Below are positions 1-7,371 of a DNA stretch of 64,000 bases, one piece after another. The translations under genes were made by a program, and so were the position numbers. Source of the DNA: Candidatus Obscuribacterales bacterium (GTDB lineage: Bacteria > Cyanobacteriota > Vampirovibrionia > Obscuribacterales > Obscuribacteraceae). Below the pieces are notes generated by a model, which made no database searches, was not told the origin of the DNA, and saw nothing but the letters and a program-made list of their open reading frames with translations. Position 1 is the first letter of the stretch. Each line of letters starts with the position of its first letter. The DNA lies in assembly GCA_965228855.1 (NCBI GenBank), contig CBDDIJ010000003.1:1792001-1856000 (forward strand). The letters are read 5' to 3'.

Positions 1-753
1 TCTTTCGCTCGCAGGATTGCGCCGAGAGGCATCGTTACAATCTCGTTCGATGTTCGCGGTTTTGGAACATATCTGGCATCAAAGGGGCAAGACGATCTGC
101 AAATTGATGACTGCGTAAAAGACCTGAAAGAAATCATAAAATTGATTCGCGACGACAATCCGGACAAACCTCTGTTTTTACTTGGCGAATCTATGGGCGG
201 TGCGATCGCTCTCCACGTGGCTGCTGAGGCACCTGAGTTGTTGGATGGTGTAATCTGCTCGGTGCCATCCGGTGCGCGCCATCAAGGAGCGTCCACCGCG
301 CTCAAGGTCGGTCTCAAATACATTAAAGGCAAAAACAAGCCGATGAACATTGGAGAGCAGGTTATAAAGCAAGCGACGGAACAAGAGTCTCTGAGGAACG
401 ACTGGTCGAATGATCCCTCGGCGAGATTGAAGTTGACGCCGAAAGAACTTGTCAGCTTTCAAACTTTTATGGGTCAAAATGTTGAGGTCGCAAAAAGGAT
501 CAGAAAAACACCCGTCATTCTTTTCCAGGGAGATAATGATCGGCTAGTGAAGAAGACTGGAACCTATGATTTGTTTGAAGCAATCAGCTCCAAAAAGAAG
601 ACCCTGATTCTGCTGGGCAATACGGAGCATTTGATTTTTGAAGCGGGGCAGTTTCAAGATGATGTCACCCTCGGTGTCATAGATTGGATGATGTTCCACG
701 GACAAAGACATCATGAGGAAGTGAGTGAAACCGAGTCTGTTCGAACCGACTGA
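1..753 (+). CDS. Alpha/beta hydrolase (lysophospholipase/monoglyceride lipase-like), 5'-truncated by window edge
   Basis: Frame is open from base 1 (SFARRIAPRGIVTISFDVRGFG). Nucleophile elbow GESMGG, acid motif QGDNDRLV, C-terminal EH. Confidence 0.85.
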   Translation, partial: SFARRIAPRGIVTISFDVRGFGTYLASKGQDDLQIDDCVKDLKEIIKLIRDDNPDKPLFLLGESMGGAIALHVAAEAPELLDGVICSVPSGARHQGASTALKVGLKYIKGKNKPMNIGEQVIKQATEQESLRNDWSNDPSARLKLTPKELVSFQTFMGQNVEVAKRIRKTPVILFQGDNDRLVKKTGTYDLFEAISSKKKTLILLGNTEHLIFEAGQFQDDVTLGVIDWMMFHGQRHHEEVSETESVRTD

Positions 754-807
754 ACGGCTGCGGCGTGACTCTGCGCCTATTCGTCAAGCTGCGGACGGAA
801 AGGACCT

Positions 808-3384
808 CTAAGGATCGAGCATTTGAGAAGAGTCTTTTGCATCCCTTGGATCGATGTCGAAAAATTTCGAAAACTCCGTGTCTCCTACGAGATCGAGAAG
901 TTTTCTGGAAGTGATTTTGAACCGAGACTGCGCCTTTTTGAGACCAGCAACCGTCAAATTTGGACACTCGTTACAGGTGATCTCTTTCAAGTTGGGCATC
1001 TTCGCGAGTTTATCGAAAACACCGTCGGTAACTTGAGTATTCGTAAGGTCTAAGGACCGCAGATTTGGCAAAGTCATTATCGGAGCCAACTCAGACTCTT
1101 TGAACCGGATTCGCGACAAGCGCAAAAAGGTAAGCTTCTTCATCTCAGCAATGGTTTTGAAACTGGCAGGCGTAACCGAGGTGTCATCAATGGCCAGCAA
1201 AGTCAGATCCGGAAAAGTATTTGCCAACATTCGGATGCAGCTGTCGTCAACATTTGGACAGACACCAAGTTCCAGTCGAGTGAGCGGCATATGACTGAGC
1301 GCGCGAAGCCCCTTCTCGGAAACTTTGGTATCAATAGCGCATAGACAATTCAAACGTGCCTTTCCGGAGGCAAGGGTGCGCAAAGTCAAATCGGTCATCC
1401 TCGTATGCGCACCCCAAAGTTCCATCAGGGGCAGCTGAGTCAACTGACAAAAACCAGCATCAGAAACATTGCAGTCGCTTACGTTTAGCAACGTCAGGCT
1501 GTGCATCTTCGCGATGTGCGCCATGCACTTATCCGTTATATCGGATTCCGAAATCCCGAGGGTCTGCAGTTGTTCACTCAATGCCATCACACCCTTATCT
1601 GTTATCTTGCATTGTCCAAGACCGAGCCCTCGGAGGCTCGGTATTGAAGCAAGACTGAGAAGCCCATCATCTGTGACTCTGCGAGCCATCAACAACATGT
1701 GTTGAATCGGCAATCGTGAAATTATTTTGCATCCAGCGTCGGTAAGATCCGGTTGCTCGTTCAAAAATAATTGTTGAACCGGGCGTCCAAGCAGCATCTC
1801 CAGATCAGAATCAAGCAGATCAGTTTTGGCCGTAAACTTTGTCCCTTTGGATTCCTTATCAACTTCGAATAATTCTTCAAAAGATTTTTTCGGTGCGGCC
1901 AACCGAGTTAGTTCCGTGGCGGTCTTTGGCTTACCTTCTTTCTTTATGATGACTACTTCCTGGGGCGGCTTTGTCAAAACAGTAGCTGCCACTGCGCATA
2001 GTGCTACTATCGCTAGAGTGGCGATGATAGCAATCCAAGCGCCGCTTCCTACGCGATTGGAAACCGTATCTACATCAGAATCCATTCTGCTCGAATCAGC
2101 TTTCGGAACGTATGCACGCTCGTGCGCCCTTAACACCCGCTTCAAGGCGATCATCAGATCTGTTGCCGAGTGATATCTATTGCCGGGTCTTTTCTCGAGA
2201 CACTTGCTTACCACGTCTTGTACGTCATCAGGAATCTGGGCAGATGGATTCACATCTGCCATCGCCGGAGGCTGCATTTCGGCGTGCATCTTCAATGTTT
2301 CAAGAGATGTGTCGGAAATAAATGGTGGTCGACCAGCGATGCACTCGAACATAATGCATCCGAGCGAGTAGATATCGGAGCGCGTAGAATAGGGCAATCC
2401 AGTGGTCGCATCCGGACTCATGTAGGCCGGCGTTCCAACAATCGCTGACGTCATCCTTCTCGTAGCTTCGGCACCACCCACGGGGTTACTAGCGGTGCCG
2501 GCACCATATTTGCTACCGCCCACGCCGCTATCGGCGATATCAGGTCTGGAACCGCCTTTACCCGCGCCTATCTCAGCCACGCCAAAATCTATCAGACAGA
2601 CGTCCGGGTGTGGAGAGTCTATTTGAGACACTAGCATGTTACTCGGTTTCAGGTCTCGGTGAAGAATGCCCGACTCGTGAGCGTACCCGAGGGCGTCGCA
2701 CAGATCTACCATCATGGTAAATACGGTTTCCCATGGCAGGTAGCCTTTTTGCTGCCTGACTTCATCTAACCCACGGCCATTAACAAAATCCATGACCATA
2801 AAGGGCGAGCCCTGTGCGCTGACTCCAAAGTCCAGGATCTGAACTATTCGTGGATGGTTTAGTTTACTGTTCGCCTTGGCGGCATTCTGAAAGTTGATCA
2901 ACTCATTAGGCGAAAGCTGCCTGAGCGTTTTAACCGCGACCTTCTTGCCTAGTACACGGTCACGGCTGAGATAAACCCGCCCGGATACTCCTTCACCAAT
3001 TATCGAAAGAGGCTTGTAGCGTTCGAGCGGATACTCTCGAGCATTAACGGAGAGTTCCTCTTCGTTCTCGTCCACATATTCAACCGGCTGCTGGGCAACC
3101 AATGAGCCGGACTGCGTTTGACTGCCCTTAATAATTTTGGGTTCCGCACAGCCACACAAATCCTGCCTGAAAATCCACTGCGTGAACGAACCGGAGCGAC
3201 CTGCGTAAACTCGCTTTCCGCAAGTCGCGCACATGGTGACTTCGATGGTGCTGCCTTCGCCACTACCGGCGGTGAGGGCGCTATCGCAGGTGCAAGCAAC
3301 GATCCATTGCGTCAAACTCCCGGACGATTTGACTTCTTTTGGTCTTCCGCACTTAGAGCAATTGGTGGCCGTCACAACCATCAC
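808..3384 (-). CDS. Transmembrane Hanks-type Ser/Thr kinase with N-terminal Cys-rich repeats and C-terminal leucine-rich repeats
   Basis: GEGVSGRV, VAVK, HRDLKPSN, DFG, GTPAYMSPD, SDIYSLG; one TM helix (WIAIIATLAIVALCAVAATVL); LRRs of type LxxLxLxxTxVTDxG. Confidence 0.92.
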   Translation of the reverse strand: MMVVTATNCSKCGRPKEVKSSGSLTQWIVACTCDSALTAGSGEGSTIEVTMCATCGKRVYAGRSGSFTQWIFRQDLCGCAEPKIIKGSQTQSGSLVAQQPVEYVDENEEELSVNAREYPLERYKPLSIIGEGVSGRVYLSRDRVLGKKVAVKTLRQLSPNELINFQNAAKANSKLNHPRIVQILDFGVSAQGSPFMVMDFVNGRGLDEVRQQKGYLPWETVFTMMVDLCDALGYAHESGILHRDLKPSNMLVSQIDSPHPDVCLIDFGVAEIGAGKGGSRPDIADSGVGGSKYGAGTASNPVGGAEATRRMTSAIVGTPAYMSPDATTGLPYSTRSDIYSLGCIMFECIAGRPPFISDTSLETLKMHAEMQPPAMADVNPSAQIPDDVQDVVSKCLEKRPGNRYHSATDLMIALKRVLRAHERAYVPKADSSRMDSDVDTVSNRVGSGAWIAIIATLAIVALCAVAATVLTKPPQEVVIIKKEGKPKTATELTRLAAPKKSFEELFEVDKESKGTKFTAKTDLLDSDLEMLLGRPVQQLFLNEQPDLTDAGCKIISRLPIQHMLLMARRVTDDGLLSLASIPSLRGLGLGQCKITDKGVMALSEQLQTLGISESDITDKCMAHIAKMHSLTLLNVSDCNVSDAGFCQLTQLPLMELWGAHTRMTDLTLRTLASGKARLNCLCAIDTKVSEKGLRALSHMPLTRLELGVCPNVDDSCIRMLANTFPDLTLLAIDDTSVTPASFKTIAEMKKLTFLRLSRIRFKESELAPIMTLPNLRSLDLTNTQVTDGVFDKLAKMPNLKEITCNECPNLTVAGLKKAQSRFKITSRKLLDLVGDTEFSKFFDIDPRDAKDSSQMLDP

Positions 3385-3426
3385 ACATCATTAACACTTG
3401 ATATTTATACCAAACTTGCAGTCGCT

Positions 3427-4188
3427 TTACTCGTCCTGGACACTGTTTTCGCAATCTTCAACAGTGCAGTTGACGGTCTGGGTACTTTTAAGCTTACATC
3501 GAGTCAGACAGGAGTCGGAGAAGGCACTTCCGTCGAGACTGGAATCATGAAAAGACAAGCTTTTGCCCTTGCAATCGCAGACTTTAGACTTGCTGATCTG
3601 GCAATCTTCAAACCGACAGTCATCAAAACTGCTGTCCTCGAGCCCACAATCCTCGAACTTGCAGTCCTCGAAACGTCCATCCTGCAATTTACAGTCATTA
3701 AACTTACAATCGATAGAACGAATGTTTTTCAAACCGGCATTCTCGACACGGCAATCTTCCATGCCGCCATCTTCAATCTGACAGTCGCTGACTTTTACGT
3801 CATTCAACCGGCAATTCGTGATACCACAGTTTTCTACTTTTGAATTTTCGAGACGGCAATCGTCCAGTTTGCAATCGGTAATTTTAGAATCATCAAATCG
3901 TATATTCGTCAAACCGCAATTCTGGATTTTTACATTTTCAAATCTGCAATTATCCAGCTTGCAATCGCTGATTTTGCAACTCATAAATTTGCAATTGTTG
4001 AGGTCTCCACTGCTTATTGTGCAATCTTCAAACGCGCAGTTCTCAAATTTACAGTCTTCGATCTTACAGTCTTCAAACCGACAATCGTCAAAGTCTCCGC
4101 ACTTTATAGTGCAACCGCGGATCAACTTACCCGACATTTTGACATCCTGAATGCTCTGCTTTTCTATCATCTTGTCGTCGTTATCCAT
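3427..4188 (-). CDS. Cys-rich acidic pentapeptide-repeat protein
   Basis: Over 40 tandem [DN]-C-x-[FLIV]-[ED] pentamers. Start placed at ATG 4188 (MDNDDK) behind a GGAGGGAGGAG SD, overlapping the upstream stop. Confidence 0.85.
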   Translation of the reverse strand: MDNDDKMIEKQSIQDVKMSGKLIRGCTIKCGDFDDCRFEDCKIEDCKFENCAFEDCTISSGDLNNCKFMSCKISDCKLDNCRFENVKIQNCGLTNIRFDDSKITDCKLDDCRLENSKVENCGITNCRLNDVKVSDCQIEDGGMEDCRVENAGLKNIRSIDCKFNDCKLQDGRFEDCKFEDCGLEDSSFDDCRFEDCQISKSKVCDCKGKSLSFHDSSLDGSAFSDSCLTRCKLKSTQTVNCTVEDCENSVQDE

Positions 4189-4765
4189 GCTTCGTCTCCT
4201 CCCTCCCGCACATCTTGAGTAGTTCGTCGGTAGATAATACAGTTGCAAACTCCCCATGCAGGCTTGCTAGAGCATATTGATGTACTTCATCAGCGGTGAA
4301 CTCCCTGCCGTCATATCCGGTACGGTTGAAAGTAGCGGTGGCATCGCCAACGACGTAGGTATCGAAACCCAGGTTATCTGCCATACGGGTCGATGTTGAA
4401 ACACAGTGGTCGGTGGTTAAACCAACGAGCACAACTGTTTCAATACTGTGACCGCGCAAATATGCTTCCAGCTCTGTGCCGATGAAGGCACTATTCACAT
4501 TTTTTTCTTCAATTCTTTCTCCCGCAATCGGAGCCGTGCCTGGTTTAAACTCATTACCTGACTGATTGGGACGCAATGGGGAATCCTGTTCCACACTCAT
4601 GTGACGAACATGCACAACCGGACGCCCAGTGCGTCTCCAGGCATTGAGAATACGTCTCATATTTTCTTCAGCTTGCGGATTGTTGCGAACTCCCCAGTAG
4701 GATGAGTCGAATCCATTCTGCACGTCAATTAAGATTAAAGCCGCCGAATCCGGGAGATCTTTCAC
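4181..4765 (-). CDS. Isochorismatase-family cysteine hydrolase
   Basis: ALILIDVQNGF, K..NSAF, GLTTDHCVSTS (Asp-Lys-Cys triad). GTG start with AGGAG SD. Confidence 0.92.
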   Translation of the reverse strand: MKDLPDSAALILIDVQNGFDSSYWGVRNNPQAEENMRRILNAWRRTGRPVVHVRHMSVEQDSPLRPNQSGNEFKPGTAPIAGERIEEKNVNSAFIGTELEAYLRGHSIETVVLVGLTTDHCVSTSTRMADNLGFDTYVVGDATATFNRTGYDGREFTADEVHQYALASLHGEFATVLSTDELLKMCGREETKHG

Positions 4766-5031
4766 TGTTTATTTGCTCCTGCGGTTTTTGAAAACGCCAT
4801 TTTGAGCGTTTATATCAAGCTCTTCGAAGAAACAGCATCTAGCGACTGGCACCGAAGGCGGTGTCAACCGTTTCCTCTATGCGGCACGTCATCCCACAGC
4901 CAAGGCGTTTCCGCGCACCAATTTCCAGCGTATTTCAACTTCGATATTCTAACAGACTCAAGCTCCTGACATGATGTATAGTACTGGGGTTTAGCAAGCC
5001 AGCCTTGAAAGTACAAAGGAGCTTTTCCTAC

Positions 5032-5787
5032 ATGGGTTTCACACAGATATCAGGTCTAAAGTGCTTTTCAAGCGTAGCTATGTTCACCTTGATTGTGTTA
5101 ACTCTAAGTAGCCCTGCGACATGGGCGCAAGGAGCCGAAGGTATTGGTCTGGACCCTGAATCGCAGAGGCTTCCAAAACCAATTGAAATCGAAGGCGAAA
5201 CAGACTATGCCGACGGTTCTGACGAAAGTTCAAAATCAGCGAGAGACCGTTCAAGCACTTCTAGAGATGAATCGAAGCACGGCAAGAAGGGAAAAAAACA
5301 AATTATGAGCGAATCGGTTTACGACTTCCATGCCAAAAGTCTCGACGGTCAAGACATCGACCTGTCCACGTACAAAGGCGACGTGATACTAATCGTCAAT
5401 ACCGCGAGTGAATGCGGATTTACGAATCAATATAAGGGTCTTGAAGAACTTCACGAGAAGTACAAAGATCGCGGCTTGAAGGTTCTTGGATTCCCATGCA
5501 ATCAGTTTGGAGGACAGGAACCAGGTGATAATCATCAGATCGCAACTTTCTGCCAGAAAAACTTTGGCGTCAACTTTCAGATGTTCGAAAAAATTGATGT
5601 AAATGGCAAAGATGCACATCCTCTGTACAGATATCTTACAAGCGCTGCTCCGGGAGCGCTCGGCACGAAAGCCATCAAATGGAACTTCACAAAATTCCTG
5701 GTAGACCGTCAAGGGAAGGTGTTGAAACGCTACGCACCTACGACAAAACCAGAAGATCTGGCCGCGGACCTCGAGAAACAGCTTTAG
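5032..5787 (+). CDS. Glutathione peroxidase family (Cys-type) with N-terminal signal-like extension
   Basis: VNTASECGFT, GFPCNQFGGQEPG, KWNFTKFLV. The core domain starts at MSESVYDF (5305); the true start is uncertain. Confidence 0.9.
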   Translation: MGFTQISGLKCFSSVAMFTLIVLTLSSPATWAQGAEGIGLDPESQRLPKPIEIEGETDYADGSDESSKSARDRSSTSRDESKHGKKGKKQIMSESVYDFHAKSLDGQDIDLSTYKGDVILIVNTASECGFTNQYKGLEELHEKYKDRGLKVLGFPCNQFGGQEPGDNHQIATFCQKNFGVNFQMFEKIDVNGKDAHPLYRYLTSAAPGALGTKAIKWNFTKFLVDRQGKVLKRYAPTTKPEDLAADLEKQL

Positions 5788-5834
5788 AGCTGAGAACAGG
5801 TTTCGTCAGGCATTGAAACTGGCAAAGTCTCAAC

Positions 5835-7340
5835 TTACATTTCCAAAACGATAAAGCCCCAGGGGCTCAGATCGACAGAAAAGCCTGCTTCGCTTACGTT
5901 CGTAATTGCCAGCGGAGTACGCGACGTTTCACTCGAAATTATATGCGTCAACCTGAGGGCGTTGGAAACAGGAGCGCGCACGTAGCTTTGAGCTTGAGAA
6001 TCGGAGTAATTCACTATCGCGCAAAATTTATAGCCGCTCTCATCCGTCCAGGAGAATGCAACAAAACACTCGGCCGTCCAATTGCCCTCCCAGACAGGTG
6101 CGCACTCTAACAACTCCCACGCGCCTGCGTGCACCACCTGTAGTTTCAAACAAGAAAGCAATTCGTCATAGAACATCTCAACGTTCTTATCGACCGGCTC
6201 TGTTGGTTTACGAGATATGTGGACTGACACACGCTTGCGAAAGCCCTCGAATTGACCTTGATGAAGGAAGCGCAACCCCGGACAAAGATAGGTTAAAACA
6301 GCAGCAGCCTTATGTTGCTCGAACGGAAATATACCAGCTGCGCGAGGTTCATCATGATTCTCCAGAAAGCGCGCTGATTTTTTCTGATACTCGATATCAG
6401 CGAGCAAATGATCGCGAATCTTTCTGACATTGCCCTCTCTGAGTCTATCGTAGAGCCGTTTGTCATAAGTGAAATCGAATCCCAACTGTTGCAGATCCCA
6501 TTCTCTGTCCCAGTAGACTTCCGCCATGAACGTAAAGTCGGGATGTTCGTCTCGAATGGCATTGATCGTGTCATTCCAGAACGGATCAATGTCGATGTTC
6601 CAAGTCCGCTGAAAAACATCCGGCAAGATTAACATTGCCATATCGCAACGCAAGCCATCGCAGTTAGTGGCAATGCTCGCTATCTCCTGTCGCATAGCAG
6701 AACAAAACTCGGGACTGCCGTAGTTCAATTGAAGAGTGTCCGGCCAACCGTCAAAATACGGATCGCGACCATGGGCAAAAATCTCCTTACCCACACGAAT
6801 ATAGTTCTGAGGAGCCGCCTCGATAGCGCCTTCGTCACCTCTCACGAAATACTCCGGATGCGATTGTACCCACTCATGATCGATCGCCGTATGATTAGGC
6901 ACGAGATCAAGCATCAGTTTTAAACCAAAGTGGTTGACGCGGTTGTGCAAACGTTTTAGCGCTTCAGGTTCGCCAAAGTGTTCATGCAGCGTGTATTTCG
7001 TGATGGCGAAACCAGAACCACAAATCTCGTCGTCCTTCAAATCGGGAACGTCTTCTCGAAAAGATTCTTTCCATCCTGGATGACTTTGTGAAATTTGCTG
7101 ACCGATCTTGCCAGTTTGCCAGACGCTTAAAAAGTAGACCCACGCAAAGCCCTGTTGCGCCAGTTCTTCAAAGAACTCATCCGGAATATCGTCAAGAGTC
7201 GCTTGTCGACCGAGTTTTCGACTCAGCTCCGAAAGCCAGACCCGTGTGTTTACTTGATATAGAGTGGGATTCGTTAACAGCTTGTTAGGGAGTGTCGTCG
7301 CCGAATCTCCAGGTTTTCCTTTCGTTTTCGTCTTCGGCAT
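5835..7340 (-). CDS. GH13 alpha-amylase family protein
   Basis: LDLVPNH, DGLRCDMA, FMAEVYW, RFLENHDE (conserved regions I-IV). Confidence 0.9.
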   Translation of the reverse strand: MPKTKTKGKPGDSATTLPNKLLTNPTLYQVNTRVWLSELSRKLGRQATLDDIPDEFFEELAQQGFAWVYFLSVWQTGKIGQQISQSHPGWKESFREDVPDLKDDEICGSGFAITKYTLHEHFGEPEALKRLHNRVNHFGLKLMLDLVPNHTAIDHEWVQSHPEYFVRGDEGAIEAAPQNYIRVGKEIFAHGRDPYFDGWPDTLQLNYGSPEFCSAMRQEIASIATNCDGLRCDMAMLILPDVFQRTWNIDIDPFWNDTINAIRDEHPDFTFMAEVYWDREWDLQQLGFDFTYDKRLYDRLREGNVRKIRDHLLADIEYQKKSARFLENHDEPRAAGIFPFEQHKAAAVLTYLCPGLRFLHQGQFEGFRKRVSVHISRKPTEPVDKNVEMFYDELLSCLKLQVVHAGAWELLECAPVWEGNWTAECFVAFSWTDESGYKFCAIVNYSDSQAQSYVRAPVSNALRLTHIISSETSRTPLAITNVSEAGFSVDLSPWGFIVLEM

Positions 7341-7371
7341 AGAATGCTTCAACCCTCGTTAAGAAGACAGA

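Noticed and set aside
3118..3843. 241-aa plus-strand ORF with 5-residue periodicity
   Set aside because: Antisense shadow of the pentapeptide gene and the kinase start; the periodicity is inherited.
5400..5420. Selenocysteine in the glutathione peroxidase
   Set aside because: The active-site codon is TGC (Cys).
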